DNA of 64,000 bases. Source: Octopus sinensis (Eukaryota). How positions within the stretch are numbered: position 1 is the stretch's first letter; every line of letters begins with the position of its first letter. The position numbers were made by a program, and so were the translations under genes. The stretch lies in contig NC_043000.1 of NCBI RefSeq assembly GCF_006345805.1, positions 108,996,001-109,060,000 of the forward strand, read 5' to 3'. Below the pieces are notes generated by a model that worked only from the letters and a program-made list of their open reading frames with translations, was not told the origin of the DNA and made no database searches. Positions 10,266 through 25,399 of this stretch are shown one piece after another.

Positions 10266-11149
10266 CTAAAAGAAAGAGACGAACCTTTCTTCTGTTCGTC
10301 CATTATCCAATGATGAGCAAATCTGTTTAAAGGTTTCTTGAGGAAGTAAGAAAATTGAATAAGAGAATTATCACAAGTATAGCTGGCGAAATAAATGAAT
10401 GCCAGGATAATGCCAGCCAAATAAAACAACGTATATCAATTAATCGTAAAAGCAGTAAATATGAATCTAAATAAAAGAATATAAATGGCAAAAGAAATAA
10501 AATGAAATAAAAGGAAAACCAATGCTAACGTCGTTTTCGACTTTCATGAAAAAGAAGTAAATGTGTTAGATGAGTGAACGCTATATTCAGGCTTTATCAA
10601 GAAATGGATGCATATTATAGCACAGCTTTTGGCTGAGAAATGATATCAGCCGATAGAAATTAATTGGAAATGGTTCTTTCCATACAGAACCAAATGCTAT
10701 AAAATTAGTATTCAATTGCAATGTTTCAATTTCACCGACACGCCTACATATATACGCATACACGTACACATACACTCAAGTACATATAGTCACGCACGCA
10801 TATACACGTGCACACATACACAAGCACACACATATATATACACACACACACTCAAACACCCACATGCACACACATTCATAGACATAAAGATATGTGAACA
10901 AGAGCATTCACTCACGTACCTCACACACAATTTTGTAAAACTATGAATACGCTGTTTTGTCAAAAACAGGCCATTATTAATTCATTTCAATATCTTCTTG
11001 ATTAGGAATCATGGTAGCTGCTTGTTTAGAACGGTGAAGATCATTCGAAAGTTCTTGGATGGCTGCAGTCAGAGGTGGTGACTGGTTAAGTAAATCCACC
11101 TAAATTCTATCGTAGAGATGAGGTAGGAAAACTTTTGAAATAATAATAA

Positions 11150-11880
11150 TAAGGGTCCTACAGTTATCATGTACTTTTAAAGTTTCTGGGTCGCGTTCAT
11201 ATTACTTTTTTTATCAATATATTCATGCCCGCGCTTATACTCATCTTGTACTAGCTTACTGCAGTCGCTTGGGAGATGGCTAATACTTTCGTCTTCCTTT
11301 CCACAGATTTTGTATTTGCTCGCTGGCTGAGGTTTTGCCTATCTTTGCTTTTATCAGATTCATCCAAATAGTTTGATCTTGGGCAGCTCTAATTATCGCC
11401 TCAGTTTCTCATTTCTAACTTCCGTCTGCCAGCCATAAACAATGTTCTTTACTTCCAACATCCTCGAATCTTTTGCATGAACTGATTTCGTAAATCATTC
11501 TTTTCCTAATTATTTGTCCCGTCCTTCTTTCTGCCCTTCATTTCTCTAACTATTCCAGTGACTTTTTGCTTCGTGACATATGACATTGTTTTAGCATTTT
11601 ACAAATCAGCGCCTCCTTCCTTTCTTAGTAGAACCTGTCGATATTACTTCCAGCGTGGTGCACACTGTGCATTGGGAGTAACTTCCCAGTTTTTACTTTT
11701 TTTTAAAGTCTAATTCGTGTAGCTCTGTGTTTGTCCATTTCAGAAACGGAGCAGAGTATCTCAACACTTGCAAATCTTCTACGAATCTCTTCAGATTCAA
11801 AGAATATGCAGAGGTCAGGCGAAGCAATTCTTGCTCCCAATTAATGATTCAAATAAACACATTACTTAGCAGCGGGTTAA
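11150..11880 (-). mobile_element. R4/Dong-type LINE fragment (RT thumb to CCHC region), decayed
   Basis: Minus translation contains RYSAPFLKWTNTELHELDFKK; many stops and frameshifts. Confidence 0.65.
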
Positions 11881-12339
11881 TATATGTGAGGTGGATATAA
11901 CCTAAAAAATACGATAAGCTGTCTTCAAATTCTCGACGGAATAGACAAAGCAAGAAGGAAGTCCCTATGCTATCACTTAATTTGTTGAAAATAACAGTCA
12001 AATCCCCTCGAATGACACACTACCGTCTTGACAAAAGGATGGGTACATCTTGTTCTAAACTTACAAGAGGAACAGTTTGGATATGTTTGAAACGTTTTTG
12101 TCTACAGATGTTCTGAAACAAAGCATTCGGAGGGGGGGGTGAACGCTTGATCTGCTTGACGTAGCTGCCGAATATCCTAAGATTATACTATGCTGCCTTC
12201 AAAATGGAAGGATATATTCCAGTGGATTATATATTCCTAGTTATTCCCTGCTTAAAAATAAGGGCGATAAACGATACTTTTCATTATACGAAGTTTGTTC
12301 AAAAAGGATCGGGGTTGTTGTTATGGTAACAGGGCTAAA

Positions 12340-12812
12340 TTACGCGGAGTGAAGACGCTTGGCACAGATTGACCTTGAACTCACACGAAATTCTAATGTT
12401 CTCTCTTTCTTCTGTTGTTTATAGAAGTGCTTGGAAGCAAAATGTGTAGAGTATCGTTGTCGGACAGAATTGCATGCGTCTGGCGAATGGCAACTCCACC
12501 ATGACAGCGGAACTTGCGCAGCAGTTTTGGTCCAAGTACAACATTCCCCAAGATCGACAACCAACATATTTCGCAGAACTCATTCCTCACGACTTTTTCC
12601 TCTCTCCAAAAGTCGAATCTAACTTGAGGGGGATGCAACGAGACAGCTGCTCGCAATCATAAAAGAGGGGTTCCACGAATGCTTCCATCAATGGAAACGA
12701 CACTGGATAAAGTGTTTGGCTTATTTCGAAGGTGATTAAATGGCGAATCGATAGGCGTAATAGTTTTTAGTTTTGTAGCACCTGTTCCGGTACTTCTTGA
12801 TCAGACCGCCTA
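12340..12812 (+). mobile_element. Internally deleted mariner transposon
   Basis: WQLHHD and FAELIPHDFFLSPKVESNLRG (decayed YSPDLAPCDFFLFPK), then YFEGD*; the 5' part matches the mariner 5' region at 25420-25520. Confidence 0.75.
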
Positions 12813-13361
12813 AATCTAGTTGATTAGGAATAACTTTGGAGTAAATAACATTAACTTTCGCAGACCAGTTATACTTGTGCACTAATTCTTTTGATACTTA
12901 TTCTTTTGGCTCCTCAGTATACTTTCGTGAAAGAAACCCAGCAAAATTTTGGCTTTATGCCCGAGAGTGAGATCAATATACGAAGATTTGCGTTCACATG
13001 CCAACCACTGGGAAGAAAACAACTTCAAGATGTGGAAGATAATATTACGAATCTGTTTTTGATCGACGCAGCTATGGTAATGTTATCAACAAATTCAAAA
13101 TATAGTCATAAACCAAAAAGATTCTCTAAAACTAAACAACAACAACGAAGGTTATTTATCTTCAATTTTCAAGGTTTTGGTTTTCCCGTTTAATTGGTGA
13201 ACAATACTTCACTGCTTTCAGATCTGATCGTTGACTACAATGAGATTGCTCTTTAAAACGAAGGAATATTTTTTAATAGATGTACCCCCCCACCGCTCTC
13301 AAGCATATCTGCAACAGGCATCAACGATGAAGAAAAGTACAGAAGACGAAAAATAACTATC

Positions 13362-13421
<60 letters not shown>

Positions 13422-13530
13422 GGCGTAAGAGTGGCTGTGTGGTAAGTAGCTTGTTTATCTACAGCATGGTTCCGGGTTCAGTCCCACTGCATGGCATCTT
13501 GGGCAAAGTGTCTTCTACTATAACCTCGCA
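13422..13530 (+). mobile_element. SINE family A head after (AAT)n
   Basis: AGGCGTAAGAGTGGCTGTGTGGTAAG...GGTTCAGTCCC. Confidence 0.8.
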
Positions 13531-13845
13531 CGCACACACATTTATGATTTAATAAAGCGATGTACTCATATACCGAAAAATACAAACTCGGTCCCTGTCA
13601 AAGAGCAATGAAAATTCCTCACTCAGTACAGAATATCACAGAATAAACATAACCGAAGGTAACGTGGAACATATAAAGATATTACCAATTGTTGACAGAA
13701 TGCTTTGATAGTTCAATTTTATACGGCTTCACTTTATTTGTTATGTGTTGTTTAGTTTTAATTTTTCTTTGCATTTTCGTCTGTCTTCTGGACATAAAAC
13801 ACGTCTGTTGATCTTTCGCCAAACGATAAAGAAGAAGAAAGATAT

Positions 13846-14802
13846 TGTTACGAACCTGCCGACGCTCAAACTCTTCGGGAAAAACCCGGGACCCTACCAA
13901 GTCGAGCGACGACGATTGACCGGCTCGATCGATCGGGGAAAGTTCGCCACGGAAAGAGAGCGAGAACTCGGCGGGGAAGAATGGCAGCAGCGAAACCGGC
14001 GACCGGAGATACCAAACAACAACAACAGTAGGAAGAGACACAAAGAGAGACGGCGGAAGGCAATTGGCTACATTTAACAACGGTTTATACAACTATACAG
14101 TTCATAGACAAATAAGTTCAGATCAAATCAAAACAACGATACATCAGGCATACAACAAATCAAAGCATTTAAACAGTTCAAATAACGTACACATTAACGA
14201 TACAATATACAATGTTCAAATCACATTAATGTTCACGATACAGTTCAAAGTCTTTCTCCTTCTTTTAAAGTCTCTTTAGCACTGTTCTTTCTTTTCGACA
14301 AGTCTTTTACTTAATTCACATATCAATTCTTTTACATTTCAACACAACTCAACAACACATACCGTTTCAATTCCTACTATAATAGCCGTGCCTTCTATCC
14401 GCCGTAATCCCTCCTTCGCTCTCAGTCCTCTGTGTATGTCTTTATCAACCTCTCATCCTCTCACTGTCTGCCTGTCGTTCTCAACGCTGTCACTGTCACT
14501 CTCTCTCCTAGTTCTGTAATACCATCTGTCTGTATTCCCTTACGCCGTCGCCGCCTCAAGCCGTAATCCCATCTGCCTTGTTACCACCTCAATTTCTCCG
14601 ACCGACTGATTAACAGACTCACAGTTCCTGCCTTTTTATAGGGTAGCTTTTCGAACTTTCCTTGACCGGCACAAGGCCAAAGGTCCCCTCAAAGCTCATT
14701 ACTCTCTCGTGAAAAGGACAATAACTTTAGATTGTAGACTTTCAGACTACAAGCCAGCAAAGTAGGTCAAAGCAGTTTTTACGGATTGACCTACTCGTAT
14801 CA
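13846..14802 (-). mobile_element. Probable solo LTR (Gypsy-like)
   Basis: Termini TGTTACGA...TCGTATCA (TG..CA imperfect inverted repeat); imperfect 4-bp flanks ATAT/CTAT; TATAAAAAGG on the minus strand near 14630; GC-richer than the flanks. Confidence 0.5.
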
Positions 14803-16279
14803 CTATATATCGTGGTTTTTTAATATGGTAGATTTAAGAGGAAGGATGGAAAACAAGATGTGATCGAAATGAAATGTAGAATCACAAAACGCATTTTTTC
14901 CTCAAATATAACATGAAATTACGTAAAACGTATTTAGAAGAATAAAAGAAAAAAATCTGTTTCAACTGCATCGGAAAAAGTTACACTTAGCATTTAAAAT
15001 ATACGCATATTCGGTTATATTTAGTAGTTTTATTTTTACAGATAATATTTTTTAATTTATAAAGGCGGCGACCTGGCAGAGTCATTAGGGAATCGGTGAA
15101 AATTTCCTATAGCATCCGCTTCGACACTTTACGTTCTGATGTCAAATCCTGCCAGAGTCAACTTCGTCTTTTAAACTTTCAGGGACAACTTCACCTTTCA
15201 TTCTCCTGCATTGATAAAACAAAGTACGAGTCAAGCGGCGGGGTCGATGTATCGACTAACACCTTATCATCGAATATGCTGGCTTTATGCCTAAATCGTA
15301 GAACCTTATTAAATTGTTTAATATTATATAAAGTGACAAAAGATTCCGTTGTGTTACATGATCGCTGACATAGTTCTGCTCATTTACTGATGCTGGACGC
15401 CATTTTTGTCACTCCCTCTTGTAGTTTCAACAAGCGATCATAAAAATTGCCAATTTCCAAAGCAATTGACCTCCAGAATTGATGGGTAACTGACCTAGCA
15501 GCAAAACAATCATTCAAGTGTATCTTCCATCAACAGTTATTCAAAATTTCCTGCAATATTATATTGAAGAAAGTGTCGCACATGGCAGAATTGTAAACAA
15601 GTCGTAGTGGTAGGAGAATGGGGTGCATATTGCAAGAATAGGAGAAGGAATCGTAAATTGTTGGGCAAACCTAGTGTTCTGGATATCATGGTTCACAGAA
15701 ATCTCTCACCCTCCTTTCCTCCGACTCTCAGTCAACACTGGCTGAAGAAGCGAAAAATGGAGGCACCAACCCGATGTTCCGGAAGATTTACCGTAAGATA
15801 TATACATGCCAATTTTCTTCAATATGAAAAGAAGTTTATCAAGACTTCAACCTATTTCTAATTACTTATAGATAATTATTTGTGGATGAATACTTTTATT
15901 TAACGAATTACGGTGTGGCTTATTAGGTACTGGTGTATCGATTTACTACACTCATACAAAGCTCTATATATACACACACGGGTAAGCATACTCACATACA
16001 TACATACATACATACATACATACATACATACATACATACATACACCAACAACCTATCAACTCACTCAACATCCACACACTGAGACAGAGAGACACACACT
16101 TTCCCTCCTCTCCCACCCTCACACATACACACGCACATATGTTTAAAGCTTTAAAGAAACGCGCAGAAAGATTTTGGCAGTGCATACGACGTTCACTAAC
16201 AATTTGAGACGCGATAAAACTCGGGTACGCATCTTCACTCCTAGAACTCGTATCGTAGCGGTCTTTCCCTCATCAAGTA

Positions 16280-16318
<39 letters not shown>

Positions 16319-17319
16319 GTCGTGCCACATAAAGTAATTACCGAAATTTCATAAATTCGTTTTACATGAAGATCCGTGAGTGACGTTTGTAGCGTTCTTT
16401 GCTGATAAAATAAAATAAAAGATATGCTCTAGTTCAGGTATTGAGTTCTTTTCCGCTCGTTTATAATCAAAATGTACCCCACTCACCTCTTTACATACAC
16501 GCATGTATACCTACATATATACATACATGCATATAAAAATTTATACATATGTCTCTCTATATATATACATACATGTGTGTGTGTGTGTGTGTACGTGCGC
16601 GTTTATATGAATAAGTGTGCGTTTATTTCAGAAGTTCGCTTTAGCCATTAAGTCTGAGGCCATGCTAGAGCATCTGTATTTATTTAATAGTTGGGTAAAC
16701 AGACAGACGCACGTGTGAGTGTGAGTGTGTGTGGCTGTGTGCGTGCGTTCTGGTGTATGTGTGTGTGTTAGCAATGTGTGAGTTTCACTTCTATCTGCAC
16801 GTGTCGTTCTGTGTATGCTTACGTGTGAGTGTTCGTGTCTCCACCTGGATGTGTGCGCATGAGTTTGGTAGTGTTTATGCCTGTCTATATGCGTATGTAA
16901 AGACATAAACATACACACACACACACACATACATACATAAACACGCACACACACAAACACACACACATATATATATACATATAAATGTATGTATTATATA
17001 TATATATATATATATGTGTGTATAACAAAGTGAAGTTGTGTGTGTGTATATATATATATATATATACATATAACTGTATATATATATATGTGTGTATATT
17101 TATATAGCAATGTGTGAGTATATGTGTTGCACACATGTGCGTCGCACGCTTGTCAACGTGTGACATGCGTCCGCGGGTTTGTTTAGATTACTTCTTAACG
17201 TGAGTTTAACGATAACTTGACAGTTAGGTATCACATGACCGCGTGGGAAAGTGTGGTGGGGGACAATCAGCAATTAAAGAGATTTCTTCGCATTTCCTTG
17301 CGACTACCCTTCCGTTCTT

Positions 17320-17325
17320 TACCTT

Positions 17326-17359
<34 letters not shown>

Positions 17360-17863
17360 CTCGTCGACGACAACAACAACAATAATGTTGAGAATGATGA
17401 CAACGTTGAAGATAGGCGATGATGATAATGCGAATAATTATGGTGGACATGATGATGATGATGACGATGATGATGATGAGGAGGATGGCGGTGGTGGTGG
17501 TAGCGATAGAGCGATTATTGTAATAATGATGATGGTGATATTGGAACGGTGATGATATTCATAATGAGGATAATGATTATGGTTATGATAAAGATGGTAA
17601 TGATGATGATGGTGATGGTGATGATGGTGATATTAGTGGTAATTACGTTGATGATCACAGAGATGTTGACGGTGGCGGCGGCGGCGGCGGTGGTGGTGGT
17701 GGTGGTGAGGATAATTGCGATGCTGTCATTGCTGTTGCTACCAGCGGAGATGGCGGTGATGATGGTGGTGGTGGTGGTGGTGGTGGTGGTGGTGGTGGTG
17801 GGGCTGTTGATAGGGGTAACGACTGGAACGATAACGATCACGATGAAAAAGATAGAAATAGTT

Positions 17864-17902
<39 letters not shown>

Positions 17903-18420
17903 GAGTTGTCCAATGCTGTTGTTGTTGGTAATGGTGAGTACGGTGATGATGATGGTGGTGGTGGTGGAGCGATAAACTGGTGACGACGATGATGTTGAAG
18001 ATATGGACAATGATAATGAGTTAGAAAATAAATAATGATACCGGTGGTGTAGATTATGACGATAATGATGATGATGATGATGATGGTGGTGTTGGCGGCG
18101 GGGGGGGGGGGCCTTGGCGGCGGCGGTGGTGGCGGCGGTGGTGGTGGCGGCGGCGGTGGTGGTGGTGGTGGTGGTGGTGTAGCGTAGTTATATGATGATT
18201 GTGTTGGAAATGGTAACGGTAGTGGTAAATTAATGATGATGATGATGATGATGATGATGACGAGGCTGAAAATAAATGATGGCATGGGTGGTGGTGGTGG
18301 TGGTAATGATGTGGATAATGGTGATGGTGATGGCGAAAATGATTACGATGACGACAGCATCGTCGACGACGAAGATGATGATGTTAATGATGATAATGAT
18401 GATGACGATGACAGCGATAA
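17320..18420. repeat. Mosaic trinucleotide low-complexity tract (GAT/GGT/GGC/AAC)
   Basis: Direct; produces homopolymer ORFs in several frames. Confidence 0.9.
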
Positions 18421-18554
18421 TAGGAAATCATCTGAGAAACACAAAGGACCCAATCACGGGGCTCCGGCAAAGTAAATAAACGGGTGGGAAAGACTCCCTC
18501 TAGATTAGCATCGTCGGATGAAAGAGAATTTGAAAACTTCAATTAAAAGACTTT

Positions 18555-18582
18555 ACACAACACAACACACACACACACACAC

Positions 18583-18613
<31 letters not shown>

Positions 18614-18805
18614 TACATACACACACACAATACACACACACAAACTATGCACACACACACATACACACTCACAATGCACACAAGTAGCCCAAAACACATA
18701 CATTGATAAACCGACACATCCATGTGTCCCATTCACAGACACATTCGTTCATACACTGCTGTACATAAGCACATATAGAAAGATATACCCTCACAGACAC
18801 ACAGA

Positions 18806-18894
<89 letters not shown>

Positions 18895-18895
18895 A
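18555..18895. repeat. (CA)n microsatellite complex
   Basis: Direct. Confidence 0.95.
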
Positions 18896-18996
18896 CCGGG
18901 ATACATACTCTCATTTACACTTTACACACCTTTTAACATAGACAACACAAACCCAGAGAGAAACTCTTACTTTTATACCAAATGTTTACACGCGCA

Positions 18997-19037
<41 letters not shown>

Positions 19038-19504
19038 AGTCACTCCAGCATAGCCGCAGTCAAAATGGCTGAAGCAAATAGAAGAATAACAGAATGAAAG
19101 AATATATATATTATATGTATGTATATAATTCGTTTATTCTTTTACTTGTTTCAGTCATTTGACTGCAGCCATGCTGGAGCACCACTTTAAGGGGTTTTAA
19201 TCGAACAAATCGACTTTTTAAAGCCTAGACTCATTCTATCAGTCACTTTTGCCGAACTGTTAAGTTACGGGAACATAAACATACGAACACCGGTTATCAA
19301 GCGGTGATGGGTGTAACACGCACAGACACAAATACACACACTCACAGGTAGTGTTCCCCGTTAGTGTATGTGTTTTTATTCATGTACTTTAACTGCAACA
19401 CTAGAACGGTTTAGCTCTTATTTCTATAGAGATATGTAGGTTGTTCCTGATACCCGGGTCACATTTAGTGACATATGTGATATACATACATACATACATA
19501 TATC

Positions 19505-19812
19505 ACCGTGAACACCGTGACTGACCAGGCTATCAGATGTTGCTACACATCGCTGGTCACAATGCGTTTCGCATTGTTTTAGCCTTTAAATGACGCCACC
19601 CGCTGGCTAAGCGAGCAGGCCAACGGAAGAAAGAGTGAGAGAAAGTTGCGGCGAAAGAGTACAGCAGGGATTGCTACCATCCCCTGCCGGAGCCTCGTGG
19701 AACTTTAGGTGTTTTCGCTCGATAAACACTCACAATGCCTAGTCTAGGAATCGAAACCGTTATCCTATGACCGCGAGTCCGCTGCCCTAACCACTGGGCC
19801 ATTGCGCCTCCA
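19505..19812 (-). mobile_element. tRNA-Arg-like SINE (family C, OR-like)
   Basis: Minus head GGAGGCGCAATGGCCCAGTGGTTAGGGCAGCGGACTCGCGG; TCG at the anticodon position. Confidence 0.85.
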
Positions 19813-19831
19813 CACATACATATATATATAT

Positions 19832-20198
19832 ATGAAAAATGCATTAAGTACTACAAAACGTACAAAATGTAGGACAGACACAGACGGACCGTAATTCTTC
19901 ATCAGTTATCGACCAGAGTACTAACACTCAGTTTCGTGCCTTTAACAATAAGACTGAGAACTTCGTATATCGGCGGCACCCGCAAAATTTGCGGCAAAGT
20001 AGGGTTCAAGCAAGGAAAACAATACAAGGTAGACGTAAAGGCACGAAACTGAGTATTAATATTTAGGTCGATAACCGATGAAGAATTACGGTCCTTCTCT
20101 GTCTGTCCTGCATTTTGTACGTTTTGTAGTATTTAATGCGTTTTTCATTTATTGAGTAACGGAACGCCACGCATCATGGCTTTTGTTAACAGTACGTT

Positions 20199-20200
<2 letters not shown>
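19832..20200. mobile_element. Family X repeat in fold-back arrangement
   Basis: Arms 19832-19944 and 20036-20147 are near-perfect reverse complements. Confidence 0.85.
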
Positions 20201-20236
<36 letters not shown>

Positions 20237-20328
20237 CATACATACATATACATACATATATATATATGCATATATATATATGTATGTATATATATATATA
20301 TACACACACACACACCACACACACACCT

Positions 20329-20411
<83 letters not shown>

Positions 20412-20526
20412 CATACAAACATATATATATATACATGCATACATATATGTATACACACATACATGTATACATACATATATATATATATATGTATCTATAT
20501 ATCTCAATATATATATATATATCTCA

Positions 20527-20564
<38 letters not shown>

Positions 20565-20628
20565 ATACACGTATATATAAGAATACACTTGTTAAATATG
20601 CAATTATATGTATGTCTGTATATCTATA

Positions 20629-20660
<32 letters not shown>

Positions 20661-20887
20661 TAGTGCATATACACATATGCACTCATTCTTCTCTGTTCCC
20701 CCGTTTACATGAAAATAAAATCCAGAACTCAGACGTAATTATGTACATAGTAATTTGCAAAAGATAATTTAAGAAACACACACCCTCGTTTGTGTGCGTG
20801 CCTCTGGAGCGGAAATGGCTGCTAGTTAAATTCAAAATCTTGTACATGTACTCCTTACAACAACTAATAATAATACCATTATTATTA

Positions 20888-20927
<40 letters not shown>

Positions 20928-22226
20928 GAATGTGTTTATTTATGATTGTTTCGTTATCCCTGCTTAAATCTATTTGAAGAGCAGTTGGCTATCGTTGGAC
21001 ACGCGCTGTAACAAACTGGCTGTCATAAGCGGAAAAGCCATCAGCTGGTTCGCCATTCCTCGACACTAAACAAACAACGCTGTCTTATAATTTAGAAGTC
21101 ATATGACAGAATTCCTGTAAGACTTAAGCTTCGAATAAATAAACAGATATATAAATAAATATATAAATAAACTTAATAATGAATGCATAAACAAAGAGAC
21201 GTAAATTAATCTGATTCCAAACATACGTGCCTTCTTCAGCCTGCTTTATTTCTCTCTCTCTCTCTCTCCCTTGCCTTTTTCTCAGTCTCTTTCAGCCACT
21301 CCCTCCTTTTGATTCTTTGTACCTTCCTCCTCTGTTTCCTTTCCTATCTTTCTAACTTACCCAGACAACATGCACGCACACTGCAATCGTACAAACATGC
21401 AGACACACGTACGTACATACAAAATGCATGCATAAATACATACAAACCGGTAAAACAGGAAAGTCCAAAGGAAAAAGGAAAACTTCGCCAGTGGTCCACG
21501 TGTTACGACCGGAAGTAGGACAAAGAGAAAGTGCTTTCTGGGACAGGAGAGTGTGAAGATGGTGTGTATATGTGTGTGTGGTGGCTAGGGATGCTCAATA
21601 TAGAAAACACCTCTAGAGAAACTCATTTCATTATATAATTCTACGATGGTTTCATCAACGCTTTCCCAGACATTTATTGCTGGAATATTATTATATGCGA
21701 AACAATACATTGAAACAGCATTGTTCCAGCAACACTGAAATCGGAACGCAGGTAAAGAGTCGATGAAACAGTTGCTGTGGAATTATGCAATAAAAACAGT
21801 TGTTCATTCTTTGGGTGAATGTTCGTACAACCTCTGCGAATATTTACGGATTTTCAGGTGTATCATTGGTGAAGCGAACCATTTTTTTGTCAGAATCCAT
21901 GGACAGGCTTCACAAAATTACCTCCAAGGTTATAATCATAATGGAACGATTATATAAAGAGAGATTTGTTGTGTAAGGCCGAAACAATGCGAGAAGTTAA
22001 ACTACAAAGTAAACTGCAAAAAGAAAGGAGAATGAAACGAAGTTGTAGTTTAACCTTGTATTTCTATAGTTAGGGGTAAGGACCCCTACTTCAGCGAGTA
22101 AAGTGACATGCGCAGACTGGTGTTCGAAAAGCTACCTCCCCCATTTTTTTCCTCCCCAAAAAGAAAAGCTCTACTTTGTAATTTGTCCTCTCTGTGTTCA
22201 GCCCTGTGTGGCTAATAAAGAAACAG

Positions 22227-22435
<209 letters not shown>

Positions 22436-23072
22436 TATATGACGGATTTTTTCCAAGTTTCCATAGTTAATGCAGAATTTCCGATAAAAGGACTCTAAAA
22501 GTTAGCTATTCTTGTTGCAAAAGCTTCGCTTCTTTTGTTAACCATCACATTAACATTTCTTTCTTTTCATGATATTAATTGGTTGAAGGACAGGTTTTCT
22601 TCTCGCTGTTCGTCCATAATACCCAAGCTTATGCAGATATGTAACACAGGTTCTTGGATTAACTTCTAGCTGTTTTGCAACGTCAGAAGCCTTCGAACGG
22701 GATTCCTTTTCCCATAATTCTCTTCAAACAGCGAAGCTTCCTTTCCGAGGGCCCACGTCGGCCGAAACGAAACGAAAATCTGTTGATTCTTTTCCTTGGC
22801 TTTTGAATTGCACTATAATTCTATTAACAGTAATATTTCAGCAAGAGGAATTTGAAGATTTTCAGCAATTTTTCGCTGGCTAAGAACAGCCTTAGATTGC
22901 CCAGCAATATGACCTATTTGAAAATTTGACAGTTCTTACTGAATTTTTTGTGCGTGGGTTGGTTAGTCTTCGCAAATGTTTAATATAATGGCACCTGGAA
23001 TGAAAAAGAATAACTACATCGTTAATTGTACACCGCTGAAAACATATTAAGACGCTTAGATCAGAAATTTTG

Positions 23073-23124
<52 letters not shown>

Positions 23125-23154
23125 AGAGAGAGAGAGAGAGAGAGATAGATAGAG

Positions 23155-23196
<42 letters not shown>

Positions 23197-25399
23197 GGGA
23201 AGGGAGATAATATATCCGGATGGGTATGTTCATGCATTCTATTATAATCCAAGTCCTGGGTAACCGCATCGAATAGTAAGGAACAACCTTGGGTTATCCG
23301 ATGTAAAGAATCTCAATGTATTTCCTCCAATGGGTAAATCCTGGGCTCGCTTCATTGGATTGTAAACTAATTACCCAGTGTTTATCGAAATCGATTCAAT
23401 AAATAAGGAGAAGAATACATCAGCACAGTTTTTATTATTACAGTTAATTACATTGTTAATCAAATCTGTCCAACATGCTTCTGCCGCATGGTTATTTCGC
23501 ATTGTAGCCTACTTTTGAGTCCAGTTTGTGAATCTGGTCAAGAATCTAAGCAGCTTTATTTTAGTTTGAAGCGAACTAACGCTACGTTGGTTTAAGTAGT
23601 CTTGCATTTTGCTTTTTACACGAGCAGAAACTTAGCCCAAATTATAGCGGCGCATACTATAAGGAGAATAGCTGAATTCCATGACAATAAAGAGTGTAGT
23701 AAAACAGACAATAAAAATAATAACCATAACACCCAGGAACATCGAACTGAACAGATAAATAATAAATCTGGGGGTGAGGTGAATTTTGAACGCAGCACTT
23801 GTTGACAATACAAGGGAAATGGAAGAGAGCAGTGGAAGGGAGACAACCAATACGATACTTGACTTAGGTGAACCAAATGACAAGCTTTGGACAGAATAAC
23901 GCGTAAATTGAAATGTATGGCCTAAATGTAAACTAGTAAGATCTTTAGATGAAGATTTGGAGATGGTGTCTAAATCTGATCCCGTTAGTGTATGGTGTAT
24001 GTAGAACTAGTATCGATAAAGATTTTTGTAGCTGCGGCAAGAAAATCAGTCCTCAAAACGCACAGCGCTTGAGGAAATATATTGAGTAGAAGTGAAGATC
24101 ACGTCAGGTAGAATTTCGCACTTTTATATTTGGACATACTCGAATACCTTCAAGGTGAGATTATCTAATCATCTAACTTCCTTCAAAGATTGAGAGAAAA
24201 TGTGAATTTGTTTGGTAATCTGAAAGATAGAAACACTAACTTATATATAGAATGGTAAATTATAGGTAGTCGGAGGTTAGAAATGAAATTTATGCCTCTA
24301 AATACATCTAAATACCAGTTATTAAGTGGTAAATAAGAATTAGCCCTAAAATGCGCATACCTTTTCAGAAAATCATTCAAATATTTCCCAAGAAAAGATT
24401 TTTAATTCACTTAAAATTAAAACTGCTCGAGTTTACATGGCGAATATTGGTGCAATATCCACTTTGCCTATATCCTGGATTTAATTATTCTCCAAATAAT
24501 TAGTAATTCTTCGTATATAAACTTTACATATGAAATAATTAATTCTATATTTAAGAGAATATCGTTTACATGTAAATGTAAAGTTGATCTGTAGAGTTAC
24601 AGATTCGGATTTCACTTTTGGTGGAGGAATTCCGACATATTGTGAAAAACTATCTTGGCCTTCCAAGTAAATTCTGCATATCTCATCTTACTAAATAATA
24701 TTAGACTTAGTAAGCCTTAATTATATACATCCATCTCTGAAATAACCGATTTCGTACCAGGTTTTTAAAAGTTTCTCTCTCATTCTTTGCTCTGAAAAAA
24801 TATCGTCCTCCAAAAAATATGATACTACCTAAGCTAACACACATTTAGTTAACTACAAACTACAACAGTGGCAACAACTTGAATAAAGCTGTATAGACTC
24901 TTAACTAGATAAACAAACTGGACGCAAATTATATATTATAGAAAAACTGTCGATTCAGCTATTGTTTATATACATCATTCAACTACCGTAGCAGTTGAAT
25001 AATATTCTTAAGGCCACAATCTACTCACAGGCAGCACGTTTCAGAGCTTGTCGCTTATTCAGTTCTTAACCAAATTGAAAACTGTTAACATTTTTCAAAA
25101 CGACTGGTCCCTAGACGTGGGAGAGAGAAAATAGACACATATGAACCCAGGCAATTTTATTTCATCTAAGCGTGAGATTTAATCACCGAGAGTGAACAAA
25201 GATTCGATAGGCAACCGATGCTAGGACGATACGTCTTTGTAACAGGTATGAGCGGAAAAGGTTTATTGTCTTTAATTCAACAGCGGTGGAGAAGGTGAGT
25301 AATCCATAAGTTAGTTTAAGATTAATATTACGGAAATTATCTAGATTCTTGTTGCCTTTTCTTCTCATTTGTTGTATTTGAAGAGAGATTAGTCTTAGC

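Noticed and set aside
9597-10429. 171-179-aa YI-repeat ORFs (also 20145-20767 and 49436-49959)
   Set aside because: (TA)n/(CA)n microsatellite translations.
17515-18285. 256-aa poly-Pro/Ile/Thr ORF and overlapping ORFs
   Set aside because: Translation of a trinucleotide mosaic; homopolymers in all frames; no domain.
23942-23990. TAGATGA, 8-bp stem, GATC
   Set aside because: Both core halves are mutated; cannot be distinguished from chance.
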